64,000 bases of DNA from contig CAYRZU010000002.1 of NCBI GenBank assembly GCA_964428895.1, positions 14,595-78,594 of the forward strand. The letters run 5' to 3'. The notes under the pieces were generated by a model. That model saw nothing but the letters and a program-made list of their open reading frames with translations, ran no database searches and was not told the DNA's origin. A program made the translations under genes and the position numbers. Below are positions 16,788 to 26,174 of the stretch, one piece after another; the stretch's first letter is position 1; each line of letters starts with the position of its first letter. Origin of the DNA: an uncultured Planctomycetaceae bacterium (GTDB lineage: Bacteria > Planctomycetota > Phycisphaerae > SM23-33).

Positions 16788-18188
16788 ATGCCCAAGCCGA
16801 ATCTGTTGTACATCATGACCGACCAGTGTCGCGCCGACGCCCTGGGTTGCAGCGGCGGATGGGTGCGGACGCCGAACTTGGATCGCATCGCGGCTGAGGG
16901 TGTGCGATTCACCAACGCGGTGACCAACTGTCCGATCTGCATCCCCGCGCGGGTGTCGCTGGCGACCGGCCGATATCCGCACAACACCGGCGTGTGGGAC
17001 AACTTCGAGTACGACATGCCGGCCGAATGGCCCACCTGGATGCAGGCCGTCCGCGAGGCCGGCTATCGCACCAGCCTGTTCGGCAAGACCCACCTCCACC
17101 ACCACAGCGGCGATCTGCGCGACCGCGAGCATCTGATCCGCGCCTACGGTATCGACGACATCGACGAAATCACCGGCCCGCGCGCCAGCACAGACTGCAC
17201 CTGCGCGATGACGGCGAACTGGGAGGCCAAAGGGCTCCTGAAGCCCTACCAGGCCGACTACGCCGAACGCTTCGCCAACAAGCCATGGGTCGTGCGCCCC
17301 TCCGTCCTGCCGCTGGAGCACTACGCCGACGTCTACGTCGGTCAGCAGGCCAAGCGCTATCTCGAAAGCTACCGCCGCGATCAGCCGTGGTGCTGTTGGG
17401 TGAGTTTCGGCGGCCCACATGAACCGTGGGACACCCCCGAGCCCTATGCCAGCATGTATCGGCCGGAGGATATGCCTCCGCCGGTCGGCTCGCGCGACGC
17501 GCTGATCGACGGCGCCGCCAAGGGCCACCTCGGCCGCGTGATGGCGCACTACGCCCCCGAGGCCCTCTCGGCCGACGACATCGCCGCGATGCGGGCCAAC
17601 TACGCCGGGAACGTTACGCTGATTGACGACCAGATCGGCGAGATTCTCGCCGCCATCGAGGCCCGGGGGGAACTGGACAACACCGTGATCGTCTTCTCTT
17701 CCGACCACGGCGAAATGAACGGCGATCACGGGCTGATCTACAAGATGCAGTTCCTCAACGGGGCCGTCCGCGTGCCGCTGCTGGTCCGCACCCCGGCCAC
17801 CGCCGCCGCGGGAGGCGGCGCGGTCTCCAACTCACCGGCGGAGTGGTTCGACATCGGGCCGACGCTGGTGGAACTGGCCGGCGGCGAACTGAAGCACCAA
17901 CAGTTCGCCCGTTCGCTGCTGCCGACGGTCAACGATCCGTATCGCCAGCACCGGCCGTTGGCGGTCTCCGAGTACGCGCGGGAAGTCATGATCATGGACG
18001 AACAATGGAAGCTTGCGGTCAACCGTGACGGCGAGCCGTACCTACTGTTCGACCAGGTCAACGATTCCGAAGAACTCATCAACCGCGTTGCCGACGCAGC
18101 CGTTGCCAACGTGATCGACCAGATGCGGGCCGAACTCCTCAGCCACCTACTGCAAACGCAGATTGACCGAGCCGGGCCCGGCGTGTAG
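16788..18188 (+). CDS. Formylglycine-dependent sulfatase (Cys-type)
   Basis: MPKPNLLYIMTDQCRADALG. CPICIPAR (C-x-P-x-R). GKTHLHH. Start ATG 16788 after AGGAT. Confidence 0.9.
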   Translation: MPKPNLLYIMTDQCRADALGCSGGWVRTPNLDRIAAEGVRFTNAVTNCPICIPARVSLATGRYPHNTGVWDNFEYDMPAEWPTWMQAVREAGYRTSLFGKTHLHHHSGDLRDREHLIRAYGIDDIDEITGPRASTDCTCAMTANWEAKGLLKPYQADYAERFANKPWVVRPSVLPLEHYADVYVGQQAKRYLESYRRDQPWCCWVSFGGPHEPWDTPEPYASMYRPEDMPPPVGSRDALIDGAAKGHLGRVMAHYAPEALSADDIAAMRANYAGNVTLIDDQIGEILAAIEARGELDNTVIVFSSDHGEMNGDHGLIYKMQFLNGAVRVPLLVRTPATAAAGGGAVSNSPAEWFDIGPTLVELAGGELKHQQFARSLLPTVNDPYRQHRPLAVSEYAREVMIMDEQWKLAVNRDGEPYLLFDQVNDSEELINRVADAAVANVIDQMRAELLSHLLQTQIDRAGPGV

Positions 18189-18229
18189 ATGATGGCCATC
18201 AGGATGAAGCAACCGAGGAAGGACGACGT

Positions 18230-19015
18230 ATGAGTTCGGACAGTATCCAGAAGGTGCAGGTGGGGGGCTGCGGGCTGGAGCTGTGTCGGGTCGGCATCGG
18301 CTCGGGGACGGTGGGGGGCGGTAAGGAGTCCAACCAGACGCGGCTGGGCGATGACGTCTTCAATGATCTCCTGCGATACGCCTACGACCGCGGCATTCGG
18401 TATTTTGATACGGCTGACGACTACGGCAGCCATCGGCACATGGCCCAGGCCCTGGCCGACAAACCCCGCGACAGCTACCAGCTTGTCAGCAAGTTCGCGC
18501 CCGTCGGCTCGCAGCCGGGAGCAGACCTGCTCAGCCCGGACCTGCCCATCGAGCGGTTCCTGGCTGAATTGGCCGCCGACGTCATCGACCTGCTGCAGAT
18601 CCACTGCGTGGCCGACGCGGATTGGACCGACCAGCATCGAGCCCAGATGGATGCGATGGCTGAGTTGAAGGCTCGCGGCGTCATTGGCGCTCACGGCGTG
18701 TCCTGTCATACGCTCGTGTCACTGGAGACTGCCGCCGACGAGCCATGGGTCGACGTGATCCACGCGCGGATCAATCCGGTCGGCACGAACATGGACGCCG
18801 AACCGGCCAAGGTCGTCCCCGCGCTCCGACGCGCCAAAGCCAACGGCAAGGGCGTCATCGGCATGAAGCTGTTCGGCCAGGGGGAGTTCAGCGCCGCCCA
18901 GCGCGCCGAGAGCATCGACTGGGTGATCGGCCTGGACTGCGTGGACGTGCTGTTGGTGGCGTTCGAGTCGACGGCGGAAGTCGATGAGTTCCTGGCCGTT
19001 GCCGGGCTCGGTTAG
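18230..19015 (+). CDS. Aldo/keto reductase family oxidoreductase
   Basis: GIRYFDTADDYG, LLQIH, AKR-like length and layout. Its stop overlaps the RBS of the next sulfatase. Confidence 0.75.
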   Translation: MSSDSIQKVQVGGCGLELCRVGIGSGTVGGGKESNQTRLGDDVFNDLLRYAYDRGIRYFDTADDYGSHRHMAQALADKPRDSYQLVSKFAPVGSQPGADLLSPDLPIERFLAELAADVIDLLQIHCVADADWTDQHRAQMDAMAELKARGVIGAHGVSCHTLVSLETAADEPWVDVIHARINPVGTNMDAEPAKVVPALRRAKANGKGVIGMKLFGQGEFSAAQRAESIDWVIGLDCVDVLLVAFESTAEVDEFLAVAGLG

Positions 19016-19024
19016 GAGACCCCC

Positions 19025-20350
19025 TTGGATCGGCCGAACATTCTCACCATCCTGGCCGACGACCTGGGCTGGGGCGACCTGGGCCTACACGGCTCAGACA
19101 TCCGCACGCCCGTCATCGACGCACTCGCCCAAGGCGGCGTGGAGCTCACCCAGCACTATGTGTGTCCCATGTGCACGCCTACGCGGGTGAGCCTGCTGAC
19201 CGGTCGGCACCCCGGCCGATTCGGGCCGCACGCGACGGTTCCTTCCAACGCGCCGGTCCTGCCGGATGGGTACTCCACGTTGGCCACGGTTCTGCGCGAC
19301 GCCGGTTACGACACCGGCCTGTTCGGCAAGTGGCATCTCGGGTCGGACCCACGGTACGGGCCCAACCAGTTCGGGTTCAACACCGGCTACGGCAGCCTCG
19401 CCGGCGGAGTCGACCCGTTCAACCACCGCTACAAGCGCGGCGAGTTCTCGGTGACATGGCACCGTAACGGCCAGTTGGTCGAGGAGCCCGGCCACGTGAC
19501 GGACTTGATCGTCCGCGAGGCCCGTCAGTGGATTGAAAGCCGCGATCGATCGTGGTTTGCCTACGTGCCCTTCACGGCTGTCCACGTTCCGGTCAAGCCG
19601 ACCGACGCATGGTTGGCCCAATACGAGGATGACACGTTCGACGACGATCCGCTCAGGGATCAGTCCTTCAAGAAATACGCCGCCTACACCAGCCACATGG
19701 ATCACGGCATTGGCCAACTGCTCGAATCGCTCGAACGGACGGGCCAGCGGGATAACACGTTCATCGTGTTCGCCTCCGACAACGGCGCCATTAACGATTG
19801 CGCCCTCCACAGCACGGACCAATACCCCGGCCACCAGGAGGCCTACCCGCGACTGGGCTCGAACGCGCCGTTCCGGGGTGTCAAAGCCCAGCTCTACGAA
19901 GGCGGCGTCCGCACGCCGACGGTCGTCAACTGGCGCGGGCGATTGTCGGCAGGGCAGATCGACCGGCCGGTGCAGGTGGTCGACTGGATGCCCACCCTCA
20001 CGGCGCTAACCGGGGCCCAGCCGGCCACCGATCCCCAATGGGACGGCCAGGACATTTGGCCGTTGATCGCCGGGGACGCGCCCGAGCCATCCGAGCGCAG
20101 CCTGTTCTGGAACTTCCACGGCGGCGACGCGCTGGGCATGCGCCACGGCGATTGGAAGCTGATCGTTCGCACCGTCGACGGCGCCGAGCATCGCGAGCTG
20201 TTCAACATTGCCGACGACCCCACCGAACAGCACGACCGCGTGTCCGACTGCCCGGCCATCGTCAACGATCTGGCTGACAGGATCGCCGAGCAGCGCACTC
20301 GCGACGGCACGAGCGCCCGGGGCGACGTCGATTCGCCCATGGTCTCCTAG
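19025..20350 (+). CDS. Formylglycine-dependent sulfatase (Cys-type)
   Basis: TTG start 7 nt after AGGAGA. NILTILADDLGWGDLG. CPMCTPTR. GKWHLG. Confidence 0.9.
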   Translation: MDRPNILTILADDLGWGDLGLHGSDIRTPVIDALAQGGVELTQHYVCPMCTPTRVSLLTGRHPGRFGPHATVPSNAPVLPDGYSTLATVLRDAGYDTGLFGKWHLGSDPRYGPNQFGFNTGYGSLAGGVDPFNHRYKRGEFSVTWHRNGQLVEEPGHVTDLIVREARQWIESRDRSWFAYVPFTAVHVPVKPTDAWLAQYEDDTFDDDPLRDQSFKKYAAYTSHMDHGIGQLLESLERTGQRDNTFIVFASDNGAINDCALHSTDQYPGHQEAYPRLGSNAPFRGVKAQLYEGGVRTPTVVNWRGRLSAGQIDRPVQVVDWMPTLTALTGAQPATDPQWDGQDIWPLIAGDAPEPSERSLFWNFHGGDALGMRHGDWKLIVRTVDGAEHRELFNIADDPTEQHDRVSDCPAIVNDLADRIAEQRTRDGTSARGDVDSPMVS

Positions 20351-20375
20351 TCCGGGGACGCCGCTGCGGCGAGCG

Positions 20376-20404
20376 CTTGTGTGTTCGCGATGGCGTGTTA
20401 TAAT
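20376..20404 (+). promoter_or_regulatory. Promoter with consensus extended -10 TGTTATAAT upstream of the FGE-domain PEP-CTERM gene
   Basis: TG at 20396-20397 and TATAAT at 20399-20404, with a weak -35 (TTGTGT). ATG at 20466 after AAGGAGAG. Confidence 0.45.
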
Positions 20405-20465
20405 GCGTTTCGCAGGATCCAAGTCTCTTGCGAGGGCGGGGACACCAACAGCAAGGAGAGAGACG

Positions 20466-21959
20466 ATGAAACGGTTACTGACTGTAATTGCAGTGCTTAC
20501 CGTGTGCGCCGGCGCCGCGAGCGCCGGGACGCGGGCGGACCTGTCAGGCGATTTCGTGGCCGATTTCAGCACGGCCATGGATATGCCTTTCTTGAACGTG
20601 GGCAATCTGGGCAACCTCGACAACACCTACGACGGCGGCAAGGGCGCCGTGGCCTACGCCTACGACGTCGGCAAGTTCGAGGTCACCACCGGCCAATACA
20701 CCGAGTTCCTCAACGCCGTCGGGGCCACGGACACCTACGCGCTGTTCAACGACCGGATGGCCGACCCCGTACACGACGACGCGCACCCAGATGATCTCCC
20801 CTTCGGCGGGTGTAACATCCAGCGCGCCGGCACAGCCGGCAGCTATACGTACTCCATCGCCGCCGGTTGGGAAGACCGTCCCGTCAACTACGTCAGTTGG
20901 GGCGACGTGTGCCGATACGCCAACTGGATGAGCAACGGCATGCCCACCGGCGCCCAGGACCTGACCACCACCGAAGACGGCGCCTACTTCCTCAACGGCG
21001 TCACGGACAGCACCGGCCTCAAGGCGGCCGTCGCCGCACGGAACTCCCCCGGGGCCGGCGAGCGGTTCTTCTATCTGCCCACCGAGGACGAATGGGTCAA
21101 GGCCGCCTTCCACGCCAACGACGGTGACACCGGCAACTACTTCGACTACGCCACCAGTTCCGACACGCTGCCGGGGTACATCGCCGACGGCGGATCGGTC
21201 ACCGATCCGGACCCCGGCAATATCGCCACCTACGACGGCGACGGCGGTGTCGATGGCATCGGTGCTCCTTACTACCGCACCGAAGTCGGCGAGCACGAGA
21301 ACACCGATAGCCCGTACGGTGCATTCGATATGAACGGCAACGTGGGCGAGTGGACGGGCGGCCTGGGCTTCGGGTCGTTCGCCATCGTTCGCAACGGCGA
21401 GTACGCCTACGGGCCCGACAACCTGCACGCCGATTACCGCCGCATCCGAAGCCTCACCCGCGAAAGCGGCGACATCGGCTTCCGCCTGACCAGCGTGGCC
21501 GCGAGCCTCCCGGGCGATTTCGATGGCGACGGCGAGGTCGGCGCTCCGGATATCGACGAGCTGTGTGCGAACGTCGGAACGATCGATCCGGTGCTGATCG
21601 AGAAGTACGACATGGATCTGGACGGGGACGTTGATGAAGACGACATGATCTACCTGGTGGAGAACCTGGTGGAATACGACACGGACGGCGATGGGGAATC
21701 CGACGGCGCCGGCACCTACGTAGGTGACTTCGACCTCAACGGCGTGGTCAACGCGACCGACCTGCAGATCATGAAGGGCGGTTTCGGCGGCGTGGGCGGC
21801 TACGCTGACGGCAACGCCAACTGCGACATCGTGGTCAACGCGACCGACCTGCAGATCATGAAAGCCAACTTCGGCCTGTCCGCCTCAGCTGTCCCGGAAC
21901 CGCTGACGATTGGCCTGCTGAGCCTGGGCGGCCTGGCGCTGCTTCGGCGCCGCCGGTAG
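20466..21959 (+). CDS. FGE-sulfatase/SUMF1-domain protein fused to dockerin-like repeats and a PEP-CTERM anchor
   Basis: Signal peptide MKRLLTVIAVLTVCAGAASA. PVNYVSWGDVCRYANWM, LPTEDEWVKAAF, YGAFDMNGNVGEWTGG (SUMF1 signature). C-terminus has GFRL where FGEs have GFRC (recalled). Then dockerin-type repeats and VPEPLTIGLLSLGGLALLRRRR. Confidence 0.75.
   Translation: MKRLLTVIAVLTVCAGAASAGTRADLSGDFVADFSTAMDMPFLNVGNLGNLDNTYDGGKGAVAYAYDVGKFEVTTGQYTEFLNAVGATDTYALFNDRMADPVHDDAHPDDLPFGGCNIQRAGTAGSYTYSIAAGWEDRPVNYVSWGDVCRYANWMSNGMPTGAQDLTTTEDGAYFLNGVTDSTGLKAAVAARNSPGAGERFFYLPTEDEWVKAAFHANDGDTGNYFDYATSSDTLPGYIADGGSVTDPDPGNIATYDGDGGVDGIGAPYYRTEVGEHENTDSPYGAFDMNGNVGEWTGGLGFGSFAIVRNGEYAYGPDNLHADYRRIRSLTRESGDIGFRLTSVAASLPGDFDGDGEVGAPDIDELCANVGTIDPVLIEKYDMDLDGDVDEDDMIYLVENLVEYDTDGDGESDGAGTYVGDFDLNGVVNATDLQIMKGGFGGVGGYADGNANCDIVVNATDLQIMKANFGLSASAVPEPLTIGLLSLGGLALLRRRR
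21516..21959 (+). repeat. Shared dockerin-like/PEP-CTERM C-terminal module, copy 2
   Basis: PGDFDGDGEVGAPDIDELCANVG...DFDLNGVVNATDLQIMKGGFGGVGGYADGNANCDIVVNATDLQIMK...VPEPLT. Confidence 0.7.
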
Positions 21960-21983
21960 AGGACACGAACAAAGGAGATGTGC

Positions 21984-23249
21984 ATGACTGGAAGCACGAT
22001 CACGAAGCTGGTCATCGGGCTGTTCACCGCCGTTGTCGCTGTTTCGTCGGCCGAGGCGGCCCTGCAGGTGTACGATTACCGTGACAACATTCTCGCCCCC
22101 CGGGTCGAGTACTTTGCCTACGATCAGACTATGATCGCGCTGAACGTCAAGACCGGTGACTTCCAATACGTCTACGAGGTCGGGCATATCGCCGACGGCG
22201 TCAATGAAGTGGAGCGCTACAATCAGGACGGGTTCGTCGACAACAATCTGATCCCCGAGGCCGAGCTCACCGACGACATGGTCTGGTTCGCCCATCGGGA
22301 CGTGAAGGTCCCCGGCGCGGCCACCGGCGATGCGGTGCTCTTCGAGACCCCGACCGGCGGCGCTGGCGGGCAACTTGACGCCGACGGCGCGATCTACAAC
22401 CCCGCTCGGGTGCCGGGCTCGAATCCGAACACGTGGGTGGCCCACGATTGGTACTGGGCCGATCAGGACCTCCCGGGCGGAACCGCGGCGCTTCCTTACC
22501 CGACCGACGGTGCGTCGGCCGGGACCGTTGACGGCACGTTGAGCTACAATAATGACTCGGCGACCGGTTATACCGGCGCCCTCACCAGTGGATTCGGCGG
22601 CTGGGGCCACGCCAATGGATGGCCGTTCGGCGTCTCGCCTTCAACGGCTACGGTCGCCTTCCAACTGGAAGAGGCCGACGGCACGCACTACGGGTGGGTG
22701 GCCTTTCGCCACAACGGCGACCGCGTCCACCAGTGGATTCACGGCTGGGCGTACCAGACCACGCCCTTCGTGGCGGCAGAGCTGACTTGGGATTCCAGCA
22801 GCGAACCGGGCGATTTCGACGGTGACGGCGACGTGGACGCCGACGACATCGACATTCTCTGCGCCAACATGGGCGGCGACCTGGACCCCTACGATCTCGA
22901 CGGCGACAGCGACGTCGATGAAGACGACATGGTCTTCCTGGTGGAGACCCTCGTGGAGTACGACTCCGACGGCGACGGGACTGCCGACGGGACCGGAACG
23001 TATCAGGGCGACTTCAACCTCGACGGCGTGGTCAACGCCACCGACCTGCAGATCATGAAGGGCGGCTTCGGCGCCACCGGCGGCTATGCCGACGGCAACG
23101 CCAATTGCGACACCGTGGTCAACGCCACCGATCTGCAGATCCTCAAGACCCATTTCGGCCTAACGGCTGCGGCCGTGCCCGAACCGCTGACGGTGGGCCT
23201 GTTAGGCCTGGGTACGCTCGGTCTGCTGCGTCGAAGGGCCGAGGCCTAG
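21984..23249 (+). CDS. PEP-CTERM surface protein (unknown N-terminal passenger domain, dockerin-like module)
   Basis: Second ATG chosen (6 nt after AAAGGAG), giving a signal-like N-terminus. C-terminal module as in paralogs, ending VPEPLTVGLLGLGTLGLLRRRAEA. Only 25 nt downstream of the previous gene. Confidence 0.7.
   Translation: MTGSTITKLVIGLFTAVVAVSSAEAALQVYDYRDNILAPRVEYFAYDQTMIALNVKTGDFQYVYEVGHIADGVNEVERYNQDGFVDNNLIPEAELTDDMVWFAHRDVKVPGAATGDAVLFETPTGGAGGQLDADGAIYNPARVPGSNPNTWVAHDWYWADQDLPGGTAALPYPTDGASAGTVDGTLSYNNDSATGYTGALTSGFGGWGHANGWPFGVSPSTATVAFQLEEADGTHYGWVAFRHNGDRVHQWIHGWAYQTTPFVAAELTWDSSSEPGDFDGDGDVDADDIDILCANMGGDLDPYDLDGDSDVDEDDMVFLVETLVEYDSDGDGTADGTGTYQGDFNLDGVVNATDLQIMKGGFGATGGYADGNANCDTVVNATDLQILKTHFGLTAAAVPEPLTVGLLGLGTLGLLRRRAEA
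22811..23249 (+). repeat. Shared dockerin-like/PEP-CTERM C-terminal module, copy 3
   Basis: PGDFDGDGDVDADDIDILCANMGGDLDPYDLDGDSDVDEDDMVFLVETLVEYD...DFNLDGVVNATDLQIMKGGFGATGGYADGNANCDTVVNATDLQILK. Confidence 0.7.
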
Positions 23250-23367
23250 ACGTCCAAGGCGAAGGGCGGCGACGTGGGCCGCCCGCTGTTGTGTCCGGCC
23301 GGGGCGTGGTCGAACGCCGGTCGGCAAAGGGAGAGACGCTGCGCGGTCTCAATAAGGGAGCGACGTC

Positions 23368-25272
23368 ATGATCGAGCGAATTGTGGTGGTGCTGACGGTG
23401 GTTGGGGTATGCGCGGGGACGGGCTACGCGGGCTTGACCGCTACCGGGGACGTCACCCCGGCCGATCCGGCGACCTGGACGGACGCCACCTCCGTCTACG
23501 TGGGGCAGACCGGCACGGGGGCGGTGGACATCACCGCCGGGGACACCACCGATGCCTACGCCGCCCACGTGGGGGATGAATCAGGCGCCTCCGGAGAGGT
23601 CACGGTCGACGGCGCGGGGTCGAGCTGGGATATCGTCTACCCACTCCGGGTCGGCGATGAGGGCGACGGTCTCCTGACCATCACCAACGGCGGCACGGTC
23701 AGCAGCGGCAGCATGAACTACGTCGGGCGTATGGCCGGGTCGACGGGCGAGGTCAACATCGACGGGGCCGGCTCGTCGTGGACACACGACGGCCATATCT
23801 GGATCGGCGAATCTGGCCAGGGGGAAGTGAACGTCACCAACGGTGGGTCGTTCGTCAGCTACCATAGCGATGCCGGCACGATGGTCATGTTCGGTCTCTA
23901 TGCTGATTCAGTTGGCTCGATCACGGTTGACGGCCCCGGCTCGACCTGGACGGGGGACGCCGGGACCGGGCTCAGCGTCGGCGTATGGGGAAGCGGCACA
24001 TTGAGCATCACCAACGGCGGCAGCGTAGCCTTGGGCGGCCTGTCGAGTTCTATCGGCCTCTACGCCGGGTCGACGAACGTGGCGACCGTGGATGGCACGG
24101 GGTCTCTGCTGGACCTACAGGGCTCGCTGTCTGTCGGTAGTGGCACGCTGAACGTCACCGACGGCGGCCAGGTCGACGTAGGACGTTCGTTGATCACGAG
24201 GCTGGGCGCGGCCAGCGAGATTCACTTCGACAATGGGTCGGTCGAGGCCGGGGCGCTGTACGCGGCTCCGGGGCAACTGACCGGCGCGGGGATCGTCAAC
24301 GCCCACGGCCTCGCCAGCGACCTCGACCTGGTCTTCGACAGCGTCGACGACCTCACGCAGACCTTCATCTGGGACGACCTGCCCGGGCAGGATGTTACCG
24401 TGAACCTGGACGTGGACGGCCAGGGCGGCCTGGGTGCCGGACACGACGGCGTCGGGTCCATGACGATTGCATCCGGCATGGACGTCACGTCGGTGGAAGG
24501 CATCATCGGCTACAACGCCGGCTCGAACGGCGCGGTCACGGTCGACGGGTCCGGCTCGGCCTGGCGGAACGACGTGGAACTGACCGTCGGCTGGGAGGGC
24601 GCCGCGACGCTGACGATCTCCGACGACGCGCTCGTCACCGTTGGATCGTGGGGCTTGACCATCGACGAGAACAGCGACGGCGACAGCTTCGTCAACATGC
24701 GCGACGGCGGCATGTTGGCGCTGCGCGGGAACGCCGACGACTCGCTGGAGGATTTTCTGGACCTGATCGAAGGCACCGACGCCATCCGTTACTGGGACGG
24801 CGCCGCCGAAGACTGGGCCCCTCTTATCGGCGCGACCTACGGGGAGGACTACACCCTCGAATACATGACCGAAGGAGAACTACAGTATTTCACCGTGCTG
24901 ACCGTTTCGGCCTCTGATGACCCGGGGATCACGGACGGCGACCTGGACGATGACGGTGACGCGGACGCCGACGACATCGACCTCCTCTGCGCCAACATGG
25001 GCGGGGACCTGGACCCGTACGACCTCAACGAAGACGGTGTGGTGGACGAAGACGACATGATCTTCCACATCGAGATGCTTGTGGAGTGGGACAACGGGGT
25101 CGACAGCGGCGTCGGCACGTATCAGGGCGACTTCAACCTCGACGGCGTGGTCAACGCCACCGACCTGCAGATCCTCAAGGGCAACTTCGGGCAGGTCGCG
25201 GCGGCTGTTCCCGAACCGCTGACGATGGGCTTGCTGAGCCTGGGCGGGTTGGCCCTTCTGCGGCGCCGGTAG
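23368..25272 (+). CDS. PEP-CTERM surface protein with autotransporter-like beta-strand repeats (GxGxLxITNGGxV) and a partial dockerin module
   Basis: RBS AGGGAG. Signal peptide MIERIVVVLTVVGVCAGTGYA. Repeated TVDG.GS.W...L.VG..G.G.L.ITNGG.V units. C-terminus DADADDIDLLCANMGGDLDPYDLNEDGVVDEDDMIFHIEMLVEWD...DFNLDGVVNATDLQILKGNFG...VPEPLTMGLLSLGGLALLRRR. Confidence 0.7.
   Translation: MIERIVVVLTVVGVCAGTGYAGLTATGDVTPADPATWTDATSVYVGQTGTGAVDITAGDTTDAYAAHVGDESGASGEVTVDGAGSSWDIVYPLRVGDEGDGLLTITNGGTVSSGSMNYVGRMAGSTGEVNIDGAGSSWTHDGHIWIGESGQGEVNVTNGGSFVSYHSDAGTMVMFGLYADSVGSITVDGPGSTWTGDAGTGLSVGVWGSGTLSITNGGSVALGGLSSSIGLYAGSTNVATVDGTGSLLDLQGSLSVGSGTLNVTDGGQVDVGRSLITRLGAASEIHFDNGSVEAGALYAAPGQLTGAGIVNAHGLASDLDLVFDSVDDLTQTFIWDDLPGQDVTVNLDVDGQGGLGAGHDGVGSMTIASGMDVTSVEGIIGYNAGSNGAVTVDGSGSAWRNDVELTVGWEGAATLTISDDALVTVGSWGLTIDENSDGDSFVNMRDGGMLALRGNADDSLEDFLDLIEGTDAIRYWDGAAEDWAPLIGATYGEDYTLEYMTEGELQYFTVLTVSASDDPGITDGDLDDDGDADADDIDLLCANMGGDLDPYDLNEDGVVDEDDMIFHIEMLVEWDNGVDSGVGTYQGDFNLDGVVNATDLQILKGNFGQVAAAVPEPLTMGLLSLGGLALLRRR
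24940..25272 (+). repeat. Shared dockerin-like/PEP-CTERM C-terminal module, copy 4 (shorter; second dockerin repeat absent)
   Basis: See paralogous modules. Confidence 0.6.
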
Positions 25273-25277
25273 GAGTG

Positions 25278-26174
25278 TCAGTCCAGCAGGACCGGATTGG
25301 TCCACGCCTTGCCGCCGGCGCGGTCGGTGACGACCGCCCGTACGAACGGCCAGTGTGGCCGGGGGATGGTGTGTCCGCTGATTCCTCTGCCTTTCGCGGG
25401 CCCCCGGCGCACGGCCTTTTTGGCGCCCGGGCCGAGCAGGGAGATGGTCGCGCAGGACGAGCAGCGAAGTTCAACCGTCTCGGCCGTGACGCGGAAATCC
25501 TTGATCTCCGGACCGGTCGACGCGTAGCAGGCGCCGGCCCGGATCGCCGATAGGACCGAGCGCGTCGACAGCGACTTCATCTTCAGCCACGTCCATGCGG
25601 TCGCCACGTCCGCTTCGGTGTGCGCGTCGTCGGTCGCGATGGCGGGCAAGTAGATACCCGCGTTCAGCCCCGCCGCCCATTCACGCTCGCGGTCGCCGCC
25701 ACCGGTCCCCTGTTGATGCGAGGCCCACAGCTCGAACGCCGCCAAAGCGGGTGTATCCGCCAGAAGCTGTGGCCTGACGTTCACGCCGGGCGGATGCGCC
25801 AGGATCGCGATGCCCCCGAGGTCCTCGATCTGCTGGATGCACGCCCGAACATCCTTCTGGGCCGCACGCGACACGGGGTACCCGTGCGGAACGCCCAAGC
25901 CCACGATGTGATGATTCCGGCACCGGTGGCCCGGATACAGCGGGTGTAGCTCAATGCCGTTGATGACCAGAAATCCCCGGCCGCCCAATCCCCGGACATC
26001 GTTCGACCGCTCGTGATCGGTCAAGGCCAGAACATCGTAGCCCTTCTTCCGATAGAGCTCGGCGGCGGCCTCCACCGACCACGCGCCGTCCGATGAACGG
26101 GTATGCGTGTGCAGGGAGGCCCGATACCACTTGCCCGGTAACTCGAACGGATTGGTCAATGGTCTGCTGGTCAT
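25278..26174 (-). CDS. PHP-domain metal-dependent phosphoesterase-like protein
   Basis: True start ATG 26174 (MTSRPLTNPFELPGKWYRASLHTHTRSSDG) after GGGAGTGAAA. H-x-H...SDG PHP signature. The 886-aa ORF call is an antisense artefact. Confidence 0.65.
   Translation of the reverse strand: MTSRPLTNPFELPGKWYRASLHTHTRSSDGAWSVEAAAELYRKKGYDVLALTDHERSNDVRGLGGRGFLVINGIELHPLYPGHRCRNHHIVGLGVPHGYPVSRAAQKDVRACIQQIEDLGGIAILAHPPGVNVRPQLLADTPALAAFELWASHQQGTGGGDREREWAAGLNAGIYLPAIATDDAHTEADVATAWTWLKMKSLSTRSVLSAIRAGACYASTGPEIKDFRVTAETVELRCSSCATISLLGPGAKKAVRRGPAKGRGISGHTIPRPHWPFVRAVVTDRAGGKAWTNPVLLD

Noticed and set aside
19094-21428. Minus-strand ORFs 19094-19834 (246 aa) and 20544-21428 (294 aa)
   Set aside because: They are antisense to a sulfatase gene and to the FGE-domain PEP-CTERM gene respectively. 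These are typical high-GC shadow ORFs.
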